Made by a program: the position numbers and the translations under genes. A stretch of DNA of 63,865 bases, counting the filler, from Pelomyxa schiedti (lineage: Eukaryota; Protista; Evosea), in NCBI GenBank assembly GCA_020536535.1. It is 9 parts of 9 records of this genome, joined end to end, with 100 filler letters (N's around TTAATTAATTAA, not from the genome) between each part and the next. Parts side by side here need not be neighbours in the genome. Positions count along the whole stretch, not along the records: positions 37,592 to 57,272 come from JAHLWZ010001102.1; 8 more parts are not named here. One strand, written 5' to 3'. Under the pieces are notes generated by a model that was given only the letters and a program-made list of their open reading frames with translations, made no database searches and was not told the DNA's origin. This document shows, one piece after another, positions 42,816 to 57,372 of the stretch; position 1 is the first letter of the stretch; each line of letters opens with the position of its first letter.

Positions 42816-45800
42816 ATGCACGGGGGTGGTTTGTTGTGGGTCGCTGTTACGGCGATCTGTTGTGCGCATGCGGTGCTTGGTTTGGTACCTACGTACGACC
42901 CTGTTGCCAACAATGCTTCCGTTATTCCTTCCGGCGATAATGTAAGATCTACCAAGTAACTGTAACATCCCATTCATTTTTTTTTTGTTCTTAGGTACGT
43001 TTTACGGTGTTGACATCGCAATTGATTCGTTGCGAGTACTCTGCAACTGGCTCATTCGTGGATACCGCCACCCTGGCTTTTGTCAACAGAAAATTGACGA
43101 CTCCCACATATAGTGCCACCACTGATGCAACTTATTTGACCATTGATGTATTTTGTTTCTTTTGGAAGTCAAACAATTCAATGGTCACAGACGGGAGACT
43201 TGGTTCTGAAGTACACAAAAGGAACTGGGAGCTTTACTTCCTCCAACCTTCAAATAACAGTGAGGAATGTTGGGGTTTCGTCTGTTACTTGGAACCCGAG
43301 TTTAGAACCTACAAACAACCTCTTGGGAACCGTTAGGACTCTTGATGGAGTTGACGGAGCCACGAATTTGTATTGCCCTTCTATGACCTCCTCAGAGGTA
43401 CAATTTTATGACATTCATACAATGTCAAGGTTAAGTCTTTACTAGCAATCAGACTCGCACTGCACTCTTGGCTTAGTGTCACGTGATGGATGGGTCCTTG
43501 TTGATGATACATCCAAGTATTCCCCCCGAGTTCCCTCCTATTCGTGCCTAACTCCCTTACTTCAGTGCCCAGTTGGACACTCAAAGTTGGCCGTGGTTTA
43601 CAACAGTACCTGCGACTGCTGATACATGCAACCTTGATGTTGGCGATAAAATTGACTGGTTTTCCGCTCCCCGCATCTATCTATATATGACACCAATATA
43701 GCAACCCCGATAACTGGGGTGAACAAGAACAATGTGAAGCAATGGGGTGCTGCTATGCCCCTCTTGCTTCAGGAATTCCCTGGTGCTATTTCCCAAGGTA
43801 AGAGATGAAGGATACGAAACTGGAAAAACTCAAGTCTACAGAGACAAAACGACTTCCCAAGATTGGTACTTCTTTGGCCATGGACATAACTACATCAAAG
43901 CACTTGCTGATTTCTCCTTGGTAGCGGGATCTCATCCACTATTGCCACGCTATATTTATGGCCCACAGTACAGCAGGTCAATCTTAGTTCTTTTATTCAA
44001 TGCTCTTATTTCTCATTACAGATGGTATGCTTATAACGAGGAAGATGAGCGACTGTTGCTTGAACAAGGATTCGTGGAGCACAAGATACCATTGGATGTT
44101 TTAGTTTTGGTAATCACAAAATAATAACTTCGTGCTTCCAAGTTGATAATGCAAAGGATATGGATTGGCACACTCTTTGGAATCACATGACAACTGGATG
44201 TGTTACTTACAACTCCTGGACAGGTTGGCTTTACTTTCCTCCTTGCTCTTTTTAAAAGCCAAATGTATAGGCTTCACGTGGAACACGAACCTTTTCCCAG
44301 ATCCTACTCGTTTCATTTCCTGGTTTGTATGTTACTGTAGATTTCATTTATTAAGGTGATTTACAAGGTTGCACTCCAATGGGCTTCATGTTACCCTCAA
44401 CAATCACCCAGATGAAGGTTTTCCACGATCAAGACTTCGTCCCATTTTAAGCAAAAAAAAGGTGTTCAATGCATTGAAGCAACTTACTCCGAGATGGCCA
44501 ATTTTTGGGTTGGTTCTCCTTCATAAGTCAATAATCATCCCCAATCTAAAAGAACATCTCATGCAAACAGGGCATCGACCCAGCAACAAAAGCCACTGTT
44601 CCCTATGTCATTCAGAATCAAGACTGGAGTGCAGCATTTTTTGACATTGTAATGGAACCGATACAAAATAATGGAGTAGATTATTGGTGGGTTGATTATC
44701 AACAAGGAGAAGGTACCATGTCACTTGATTTATTCGCTTCTGTGCTAATGATCAAACCACTAGATTTAAAGGCCCCAAGTGTCAACCCAACATGGTGGGT
44801 CAACTATGTCTTCACAAGCAACCCATCCTGGTGGAGGTAAAAGATTACGAGGTAGAAACTACCTGTCTTCTAACGTGGTGAAAACAGTGACACCACTCGC
44901 CCAATGTTGATGGCCAGATGGGGTGGCCTTGGGAACCACCGTTTTGGCCAGATCGGCTTCAGTGGGGACACAACTACATCTTGGGATAGCCTTGCTTTCC
45001 AACCCTACTTCACTGCCACAGCCTCGAATGTTGGTGGATTTGTTTGGAGGTAGCTTTTCACATTCCCTTCTGAAATTCACTGATGGTGAAAAAAAAAGCC
45101 ATGACACAGGTGGCTTTGAAGGGCAGCCTGATGAAGACCTCTTCACCAGATGGATACAATGGAGTGCTTTCTCTCCTACATTACGTGTCCATTGCAATGG
45201 AAAGGATGGCTTTTATCGCGATATTTGGTTGTATCCTTATGATTCCTTCAAGGTCATGAGGGAAGCTTTCCAGGTGATTTTTCTATTTTGAAGTCTTGTG
45301 TTTCGGTGCTGACCTTTTTTGTTCCTTCCCTTTTCATCTTTCAGCTTCGGGCGGCTCTTGTTCCCTACATTTCTTCTGCTGCATACGACTTGCTTTCAGG
45401 AGTTGGATTGTTGAGGCCAATGTATTATTACTGGCCAGAAAATAATGTTTCTCTTTTTACCACCTTCGCTTGAAAAGCTCAACATTATGCAGGAGGCCTA
45501 CACGTACACGAACGAATACATGTTTGGCAGCTCAATGTTGGTATCACCAGTCATCAAGGCAATGGACAGCAATGGCCTTGTGTCGATGGTATAAAGGTCA
45601 CCCTACATGTTTGTCATTGTAAAATAACAAGGACATCTGGCTTCCTTCTGGCACATGGGTTGAGTGGTACTCTGGAAGGATTTACAGTGGCCCAACAACA
45701 ATCGCTCGACAGTTCCTTCAAAATGAAATTCCCATCTATGTGAAGTAAGTGGCTACACTTTCATTTGGGATTATAACCACTGCGCAGAGCGGGTGCTGTC

Positions 45801-46811
45801 ATCCCAATGCTCGATTTTGAATCAATGCCACTTCTTGGCTCTGCACAAACTGTTCCAGAAACTCTTGTTTTGAACGTAATAGTTTCCACTTTTTCCTCTG
45901 CACTCTGTCTAATAATATTTCTCTAGGTTTTCCCTGGCGGCTCTGTTGGAACCACTTATAGTAGCTCCTACTATGATGATGATGGAATATCCACCGATGC
46001 ATACATGCATGACTCTTGGGCAAAAACGACTATTGATGTTAGGGTACTGCTCCTCTATTCACACAAATAAATTATTATTCTTTGACAAAGTGGCTATTCT
46101 CAGACTGATAGCACTTCTATTGCCCTCGCAATCAACCCGTACACTGGCAACGCCTTCACTGCAATGCCAAAGTATCGTTCGTACACTGTTAAGTTCCGTG
46201 GGGTTTGGCCACCAACAACAGTTCTTCTAAACACTGCCTCAATCCCATACAACAATATTGACGGTAAACTTTCGACTCCTTATAGAACACCCAACCCACT
46301 ACAATCAGGCAACGGATGGACATACCAGGGCTCCACTCTGACAGCAGTTGTGTACATTAGAGTACCTGTGTCCACAACGACCAAAACAACACTAAAACTC
46401 ACCTTCACTCAATCTCTTCAAAGTACACTCCTTCAAGGAGAATTCACAAGACAACTTAACGTCCTTCAGCAGTGTAAGGTTTGCATGCTGTACTCCTACT
46501 TCTTCCTTTTTCCCAGTGAATTGAGAACCTCCTTCCCACAACAGGATGCCTTTGACGCAATGTGGCCTGCATACTACCCAGATGATTACCCCACTCTCCT
46601 GGTTGCCGGGCAAATTGGCCTCAATATGACAGTGGCGTCGGCTTATTCTGATATGAGCAGATTCTCCAGTTTGTTGTCAACGGTGCACTTCTCGTTCATT
46701 CATCTTCTTTCTTTGTGGACTCATCCCAATAAATAGGCAAAATCAGAAGTGACTGCCCTCTCTGACTCTACCTCAAAGACAATCTGCAATGCCAAACTAA
46801 GCATGTCCTAA
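42816..46811 (+). CDS. Secreted glycoside hydrolase family 31 (WWxD(W/Y)QQG type) with an internal trefoil domain; many introns
   Basis: Signal peptide. [63 protein letters not shown] (nucleophile), RWGGLGNHR...GFSGD (acid/base), [25 protein letters not shown]. Confidence 0.92.
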
Positions 46812-46849
46812 CATCCATCAACAAACAAAAAGAGGAGAAAAAAATTGTT

Positions 46850-49800
46850 TTAGGATTTTTTTCCTTTCCCTTTCCCTTTCCCTTTTGTTGTGGTTGTACT
46901 TGTGGTTGATGTTGTGGGTGATACACAAACGGGCTTGGCCCTTTGTGCAAATGCAGCTTTCAGCAGGGCTCTGTGTTTGTCCATTATCTTTACTGATTTG
47001 GCTTGGACGGAGCCAAATTCTTCCTCCTCTCTGTGGGAAAAGCCAATTAGAAGAACGTGGGAGTTAAATGCGAAACATACTTTAAGTAAAACTCCTTTGC
47101 CTGTGGCCTTCTGTGGTCCCCTTCAGGGCGGAACGATGCGGAGGTTACTTGTTGTATGTGGTATGGAATGATTTCCATTCCTTCAGGTACTGCTGATCCC
47201 ACATCGAAAAACCACTCTATGAGTGTGGGCAGTCCTGCTGCAACACTACTTTTGACAGAGATGTTCTTTTTTGACTTTACCCCAGGACCATGTGACTTGG
47301 CTCGTTCAGCGGCGTCCCAGTGGCTTATCTATGCTTTGTCAGAATGAAGAAAAAACGAGAGAGCCTAACATCAATGTTGAGGGACTTGGCTGCAGCACCC
47401 AAGTACCCGTTTGTATCTCCACCATAGCTGGGTTCAGATAAGAAACATAAATATTTGTGATTAAGTGCTTTACCAAAAGTTAGCATCAGAACCCCCTCCT
47501 TTTCCTCTAAAGGTGTGTCTATCTACACAGTAATCCGGAACTGGAAGCCTCGTAGTACAATTATAAATATTCTCGATCTACTACAAGTTAGACGACACCG
47601 TAACGGTGTCAATGAAGAAAACCTTTTCAGGAGTGATTTCCGGGGAGGGAGGATCAATTTGTGAATATTTCAGCAATGTCTTTTGGCGGGTATAGAGCAG
47701 AATACTAGGACTTGTAAGAAAGATTCAAAAAATTCAATCACACACCAGTGGAATATTCGCAGGCGCTCCCCTCCTTCGCCTCCCACTACAGCCGTTAGTT
47801 GGAATTGAGATGTTTCTTTATGTCATACCTGATCGTATGGAAAATAAGCTGTTGTAAACCTTGTCAGTGTAACATTTCAATTCTGAAGGGAAGTCCAGAG
47901 TAAAAATAAAATTCCAGATTTTATCAATCCATCCTGTGGGATTCTCCATATCACCCATGTCTTTCAGTGTTGGGGATTAACAAATTTTTTACTGAACTTA
48001 CACAATCGTTGCAGGAGCATCAAAGCTCTATCTTCCGCTGAAATATCATCTACAGCCTCGTGCAGAAGTTGTCTTAGTTGGCAGAAAGCGGGACATTCAC
48101 CACGAGAGACCTCATTCATAGAAACTTCCCAATGTGTAGTACATAAGGGATCATTAGCGGCAATCCCCTGTAAAATGCTCAGGTAGGCCAGAAAATGAAG
48201 AAGAATGATACTTTTTTCACATAGCCCATTGTGGCACAACAGGCGTTATTTGCCATGCGGCACTTGGGTGATCTGGCCAACACCTCCGCGCACTGCATAA
48301 GTAATTTCTTGGAAAGAGGTCCATTCTTTTGTCCTGCTGCGTGTATATACTCCTCCCTATAGAAGTTAAGCATTAAATAGCAGGAGCTGAGAACTCAACC
48401 TGAGCTTTGTGACCACACAAGGAAGAAGTAGGACCGAGATGGACACATCTTCACTCATAATTACAGAAAGTCTATCAATAGCAGCTCGCCCCATTTTACT
48501 TTGGTCTAGCTCAGCTATCCAAAAAAGGAGATTGTCGACTAATGAAACTGAATAGGAGGTATTTAACATGGAGGAAACCTTCACTTCTGCGTATGCATTT
48601 CTGGAGGCAGGACATGACTTCGTCGGGCATGTCTAAAGATAGGTAAATGACAATAAGAGAACACGTAGTCCTTTACATAGGTTTTTTGTGTGGAATGGAA
48701 TATCGGTCATGGGTGGTGCAGACTGAAAAACGGGTTTTTTTGGTGATTGGCTTCCTTGACAAATGTTACATAGGGCAAGTGAATAGACAATACCATTTTC
48801 AACAATTTCACTCATTTTGCCTAAAATATCAGAAAAAGGTGGCCGGCTGTGAGTATTTTGGTCCCAGCATGCTTGAATGAGAGAGACCAATTTCGGGTTA
48901 TTCTCTCTCATAAGTGCAGATATCTGTATAATAATAAGTGCAATCCAAGAGAAGGGAAGAGTCACTGTTGGTCTTCTTCCTTGAACAACGGCCCTCATCA
49001 CATCGTCATCAGGCCCCATGTCATGGAAAAAGCGCTGGTTATTTACGAAACCTTCGAGAACTTCAAAAAGCATTGCTCCAAACATATCTGTGCGAAAGTG
49101 TAAGAGGAACAATTTGCAGTCAAAGTCCCATACAGACATCAGAAGCTTTCCCATAATTTGTGAGAGGTTCGTTATTTAATCTTTGAATGGCAACTTCTGG
49201 CCCAATCAATCGCCTGTGCCCACTGAAACTGATGGCAGGGGCTGTTACCTGCAATGCTTTTTGTCCCCTTGTAAAAAAGCTGACTTCTTCTGGTTAGGGA
49301 GTACACACCAGCTCCAAAATCACACAAGGCAACTTCGGGCTTGTCACCTTTCCCACGCAGCAATACATTTCCAAGATGTAAGTCGCGATACAAAAACCCG
49401 ATACTATGTAGGTATTCCATTGCCTTTGCCACACAGTGACATGCATGTAGGTACCGAGTAGGTGCCTATACAGCTCTTTAGAGTGTATGTAGATTGAAGT
49501 CACTTAATTGCCTTGGCAGTTTTTGTGCGTGGGGGTTGTGACTTAATTTCACTCCAGGCATCTGAGTCATATAGCCCAAGTACGATAAAGCCAGTATCTG
49601 GATTTCCCATTTTCGCAGGGCAAATGCCAGCTCCGTAGTACTCACATACCTGTCCAAGGCAATGTTAAATTGATTTTCTGAGATAGCTCACACGAACATG
49701 TGGGGGTGGTTTCGCAGAATACGACCAGCACGTCTCGTATACATCAAGCTCTCTTGCAAACTCCTCCTTTAGCCTGCTATTTTTCATGGGCACCTGTTTC

Positions 49801-50245
49801 ACCACCACGTTCTGACCTATTTTCATTAGCCCCCCAGAAACGCAGAAACGAAGCTAAACGAAAACCCATGCCACGCACCATTGAGAATCATCTTCGCGGC
49901 GCTTCCAGAAAATCCCGTTCCCACCGCAGGTCCCCCACACGGGCTCAACGACGCCCAGCTCACGTGCTTCGATACTCTCGCCAACGGTCCAGTCGTTTCG
50001 TTTCCCAACAGACACGGCGCCTTCGCGGAAGCGCTGGTCGCCGTCGTAGTCGTAGTCGTCGCCGCTGCCGCCGACGACGGGGGCGTGGGGACGGCGGTCG
50101 GCGCCGATGCGCTGGCGGGTGTCGCGGTGCTCGCCACCGCCGCGGACAGGCTGGTTTCGCCTCCCTGCTGTGGTTTGTCCTTGCGCTTGTTCTTCTTGTT
50201 CTTTCGCTTCGCGGCTGGAGCCCCAGTCGAAGGAGAGGCGCTCAT
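46850..50245 (-). CDS. TKL-like protein kinase with a long unknown C-terminal region (multi-exon)
   Basis: VGTGFSG loop, AMEYLHSIGFLYRDLHLGNVLL, CDFGA, FGAMLFEV, LIQACWDQNTHSRPPFSDIL. Ends TKGKGKGKGKKS*. Confidence 0.8.
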
Positions 50246-50502
50246 CGTAATTTAATTTCGTTGCGTTTATTACAGTTTCTTGACTTTTTCTCTCACGATA
50301 AATGTTCGTCGTCGTCTTTCTCAAAGCGGACCTTGGTTAGATTCTCACTGGATTGGAATCTCCATAATTCTTCGCCTCGCGCACTGGAGGTAATTGGGGT
50401 CCCTCTGGCCCTACTCCTCTGAGGGGACAACTGAGAGAATTCACTGGAACCAAACCCGCAAATCAATGGAAGGGAAACAGAACCCAACCAAAAAGGCGCG
50501 AA

Positions 50503-53285
50503 ATGGCGGACATCACTCCGCAGTCGATTAGGAACCGCAAGTCGGTGTCGGGCTCCCTGCCGCGATTCCCCCACCTGCTGCAGGCCCCGCTGCTCCCCCA
50601 GCTCCAGTCGCTGACGTCCTCCCCCGCCACGCCCTCCTCCGCCCCGGCCTCCCTGCTCACCTCCTCCTCCCAGCCCCACACCCCCCTGCGCCCCCAGTCC
50701 CTGCAATTGCACTTCACCTCTCCCTCGTCCACCTCGTCGCCCTCCCCCGCCTCCTCCGCCTCTTCCTCGTCCACGTCCTCTGCATCTGGCAGCGGGAGCA
50801 CCAAGGGGAACGGGAGCGGCAGCGGGAGCGGGTCGGGGTCGGGGCCCAGCGGGTCGGCCCCCCCGCCGTCCTCGCCGCTGCACAAGAGGAGCGCGAGCGG
50901 GGGGACTGCGCCCGGGGGCGGGGGCGAGAGCGGCGGGGTGAGCCCAGCCCACCTGCCGAGTGCCAAGTTTACCGTGCTGCTTGATGTGGAGAAGCTGACC
51001 AGTGAGGAGCGCATGAGCCGGATGCTGCACAATCCCCTGGTACTAACATTACACCATATCTATATCTTTGGTTTGCATGCGTGAACGTATCATATCGAAT
51101 TTTGTGCTTGAAGATGGAAATTTTGTCAAGCTTGTAGCTGCTGTGAAGGGGACAGCATTAACCCCTCCTTGCTTGCACGTGCACAATAGGGTTTTTGGTT
51201 TGATGACTAACTTTGCATTGCAACTAGCGGAAAAGCTCGTTTGGAGAGGACTCACCACTTGTGGACCACTTCCTGATTGTGGGAAACAAACCTCGAGATC
51301 ATAATTCTGGGCCACAGATTTTGTTCCAGTATCCTCTTGACAAACCGTGAGCTCACTGAAAACCCCTACCAGTGCAACCATGATTACTTTCTGTTAGGGT
51401 AAACGTCGTAGGCTTACCGCAATTTTGTTTTCCCAATGGCATTCCGCAGCGCCGCAAACGGTTGAATCCTATGACAACACAATACAGTGAGTTGGCGGAA
51501 TCACACCATGATCCAGAAAAAGCTTTCGTTTTCCTTATTACGGAGAGTAATGCCTCCCAGAGGTACGGCATTTGTGTCTTCAAAGAGTGGGTGGCTGATA
51601 GGGTATGCCAGTCCCATTTTACATATGCTCACTGATAATCTCTAAATGCAAGCTCCCTGCTTCGTCATTTGCCATAGAACCTCTCTGTTTCTGCTTCATA
51701 ACTTCTATTCCTTTTTTGAACTTCCACTTACAAGTTCTCTCTGGCCTTCTTGGTAAGTTTTTCTCCTTTCCATCAAGTCTGATTTTCCCTGAAGATTTTG
51801 AAAATGTATCCAAGCTCGCTCTTCTTACCGACGCTGTTATAGTTAACCTCTTGCAGACCCTGGAAAATCAAAAGTACACTAAACTTGAGTTTGATTATGA
51901 CTAAGGGCGCAGTTCTCCATCAACAGGAACCAGAGCTCGAAGCTATTCTGTGTCAAGTGGTGATTCTGATCTCATGGTGATACTAAAAACTATGCAAAGT
52001 TATATCACTCTGAAAGCACCCTCAGTGACCAAGAATCTTGTTGTGTGGATACCTACAATTCCGAAGGTAATTCTTAATAGACTACTAGAAAGGGATATTG
52101 TAGCACTTATAGCAGAACAGCCTTTATCCTTTACTAGGCCCCAAGCAGACGAGGAGGAAAGTCTTTTTGCAGAATATGGGAGTGTATCCCTTTTTTGTAC
52201 TTTTGATGTTCCAACAATTTTGAAAGTTTTTCCCACCACCATCATGGATCTCCTCACCCATACATAGATTATATCAGCACTACTTTTGGAGATTAAAGTC
52301 ATTTTCACCAGTTCAAGTGTTAGACTGCTCTCTGCCCTTGTGTAGTCCTTCTTTCCTCTTTCGCCCCCGCATTCACTCTGTTTAAGATTTTCATGTCTAT
52401 CATTGTTAAGACCATTTTCATACCACTCCACTGTAATACCAGTTCTTCCTGAATTACTACTACCGTTTCTTGAAGCTCCAGTCCCGATATTGGTAACACA
52501 TTACTTTAACCATAACAACAATCTTATTGCATTCAGGCTGGGCTATCTTCAAGCTTTGTAGATAAATTGCCTCTACAGGATTCTGGGGATATATTATTCG
52601 TGAACACCAAAACCAAGGAGTTGAAAACGCGAGGAAAACTATTAGATATTCCGAGATTTTCTCAACTGTGTGCTGTTTTCCTTATTTTTCTTTTTTCTCT
52701 TTGAGACATTAAACACTTCCCTCTTCCCATAGAAAGCAAACACTTGAAGCCTCATTGAGTACCATGCCCCGAATAAGAATGGAATCCTCCGAAGGTGGTG
52801 CTGCCGAAGTTCCTTGGAATGAAAACATGGACTTCGCAGTGAAGGCATTCACGGCACATTTCACAGACATGTTCCACAACTTCAGCAAGTACTGCATCAG
52901 CGAAGTGACCAGTAAATCCTCAATATCCATCTTCCTCAAAGACAGCTTTGTAGAGGGGGAGGGGGCCCGGGATGGAGGCGGCGATTCCGGAGTGGCGTGG
53001 ATGACAGCATTTTGCGATACTCAAATATTCAAGACATTTGAGGACAAGAGCCTCCGGGCACTTGACGTTGAGAAGAACATAGACCTGCGGAAATCAACCA
53101 GTTCCATTCCCTCATCACCCGGCACAGCATCACATACACCAAAAACTCCCGCGTCCGCATCCACAACAACACCTCAATCACCACCAATCACAACAGCAGT
53201 ACAACCAAGCTCCGGAATTACGGCAATTCCTTTGTCATCAAGCACTACCACAACCACAGCACCTCAGTCACCATCCTCTGGTTGA
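50503..53285 (+). CDS. DENN-domain protein (putative Rab GEF)
   Basis: LPQFCFPNG and FVFLITESNASQRYGICV (uDENN). LEIKVIFTSSS...LLRPFSY..VIPVLP...FLEAPVP (cDENN). AFCDTQIFKTF (dDENN). Confidence 0.88.
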
Positions 53286-53582
53286 TAACAACATACCTTG
53301 TGAAAAAACAAAACAAGTGAGGTGATTTTTGTACGGAATACAAAACCACAACTCGAACTCTACATTCTTCAGTCCCCTTTCGTGCCAATCTGCAGCCAAG
53401 TTGATAACTACAATTCACCTGAAACTCAGAGCTATTCTGAGCGGAAGATCTGCGCCCCTTGACAATTGCTCCATTTTTGGAGCACCTCGGCCTTTTAGCC
53501 TGCCGAAAGAAATTTTTTTATTTTTTCATCAAAGAACAGACAACAAGCAAGCAGACATACAACAAACTAAAAAAACAAATAA

Positions 53583-54828
<1,246 letters not shown>

Positions 54829-57372
54829 AAACACACAAAACACTTCAGACAACAACCGGAAAAGATACGGACCACAGAGCTTCATTGGGCAGCTGTACGG
54901 GAAGTGCTAGGAGTCTTGTTGAATGTGGTAAGCACAGGGCTCTATCCCCCTTCCTCTGGTTTCGGGTTGTGCCACTGGTTTGGCCAACTTGAACAGATAG
55001 AGCTAGGGGGAAAAGGAAACCCTATTACCTGCCAAGACACACTCCTTCCCGTTGCCCTTGAAGCTTTGGCGCCTTTGGTTGTTGGCACAGAAAAAAAATA
55101 ATAAATTACTGTTCTTGTCACCCTTGTTTTTTCTTGAGTTTCTGTTTTGTTTGGGCACTGTTCCTTCGTCGTATTGCTTCTGCTTGAAGAACCAATGAAA
55201 TGATGGAACCACTTCATTCCTTTTTATTATTATCTCAGCAGTGACTTGCGGCATGAGAGACAACTCAATTGATCGGCCGAATTCTGACAAACCTAAAAAT
55301 AGACCAGTGAGGAGACAATACCAATGTTTCGAGGGAACTTCCCAGTGGATTTTTCGGGTTCAAAAAATGGAAGAGCAGATTCTGCGTCTTCTCCAAGACA
55401 CTAGCGACACAACGACGGCATAAGAAGGACGGGGCTGATCGTCAGAGCCCAGCAGAAGCAAAGACTTTCGTCAAAGCTTGATAGTGGTTCGAGGTCGATT
55501 GTACACTGGCAGGAGGACATGGTGCCGGCAGCGGGGGTGTCGCGTTCGAACGGCATTAGCCAGCCACAGCAGCCGCCGGCGAGGCCGTCGTCGTCTTCGG
55601 ACGCGCGGAGAGGCGCGGGGCGTTGGGGGCGCCAGGGCAGGCGGCCGCTTGTGCTCGGTGTGGCGCCGCATGCCCTCCCTCTCCTTCCGTTCGTTCCCAA
55701 GTCGCCAGTTTGCAGCATAAACCTTCCACCCCCCACAGATCCCAACACCCTCCTCTTTTCTGCCCTCCGCCCTCCGTTGGCCCACCCACCAGCTGCAGTC
55801 AAGGTGTGGTTCAAGCGTCCTCGCCGTCAGTCAGTCTCCACGAGGGCCAGCCCCGTCCTGAGGGGGAAGTCGGGCCGCCTCAGAGCGGGCTCAGCTCCAA
55901 GCCACGGTCGCCGCCGCCGACAGCTTGGGCGGGAGCCCCCAAGTCTCGTTGTTGGGGTTGTCTGTTTGTTGGTTGTTGGAGTCACATTCACCCCTCTGCC
56001 TACTTGTGGGAAGTTGGGGTTGTTGGGACAAGAACAGCAAACAAAACAAACAAAACAAAAAGCAACTTGCTTGGGGGCCCTGCTTGGGCTTGTTGGTTTT
56101 GGTGGCGGGCTGGTTGGGTGTTCGTTGGGACCCCCTGCCCTCTCTGCCGATCTATTGGCCCTTGTTTTTTTTAATATAAAAAGAAAAAAAAACCATTGTA
56201 TATTGTGGATTTTATATAGTATAGTCGTGTTGTGTATTTCCTCAGCCGAGCATTCCGCTCCAACACAACATATCTATCTGGTATCGTAGCCTGCCTATTG
56301 CAAATTTTGCTGTTGAAAGAAATCAACCACCTCAGTTAGATGGATCACCTCAATCGCAAATACTAAGCAGTGTCCAAAGTTTTGTGAAGACATAGACTGG
56401 AAGATGGCAGCATTGCCAAGTTACAAAGAGCAAAGGCATCTATTGCACTGCCGGAAGCTGCAGTGAGGGCAGCGACTGCTGCTGTTACCACGGCACCAAC
56501 CCCAGCACCAGCACCGCCACTGTCACCATCTTCTTCCACCGCGTCCAAGCCCGAGATTGAGACCAACCTCGATGATTATGAGGATCCTCCCTACCCTCAT
56601 CACCTTATCCCCCTTATCCTTACCCCTATGACTATTACTAGCGATTGTGTGCAGCCATCCCCTTCCTAATTCTCAAACAAGCAAAACTTTTTGGGAATGA
56701 TTCCTGTTTGATTGCTTTGTATTTTTGGAACACTCCGTTGCAACGGTCACACAGAGCACCATGTGTGACCGCAGGAGCAGTGTTGTTAAAAGAAACTGAA
56801 ACCTTCATAAGTCTGAGAGATGGTAACCAAAAGAAAGTTCAACCTTACTGTCCCCTTCTCATTGGGAAGATGCACATTGTGACAGTGAGGGAAACTATTC
56901 AAGGACAGACATAGAGCCTCTGACGGACTTCTTTTGAGAACCTCGTTCATACTCGGAATCAGAGAACTTCATCACAAACCGCAAAAAAGTGGCAAAACGA
57001 AATGTGAAAGATTTCGTTTTGAAATGTTCCGCGGCGCTGCGTTAAAAGAGCGCGGTACCGCATTGATTTCTACAAATCTTGAACATTTTGTGGCCATTCC
57101 AAGTCCACAACCCAATGACAACACCCTCGAAGCAAGAACCCCAAGACCACGCAGCTGTTTCAGATGATCCCTCTTCCTCCCATAATCGCCGTGTTCTCTT
57201 CACCCTAGACACCATCCTGGACGAGTACACAGACGCCTGGGGTGAGCCTCTGGGGGATATAACAAAGACTGTNNNNNNNNNNNNNNNNNNNNNNNNNNNN
57301 NNNNNNNNNNNNNNNNTTAATTAATTAANNNNNNNNNNNNNNNNNNNNNNNNNNNNNNNNNNNNNNNNNNNN

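Noticed and set aside
55300-57272. GC-rich ORFs (for example 55519-56289) and a weak HTH-like stretch near 56340-56450
   Set aside because: No coherent gene model, in-frame stops and no identifiable domain or TIRs.
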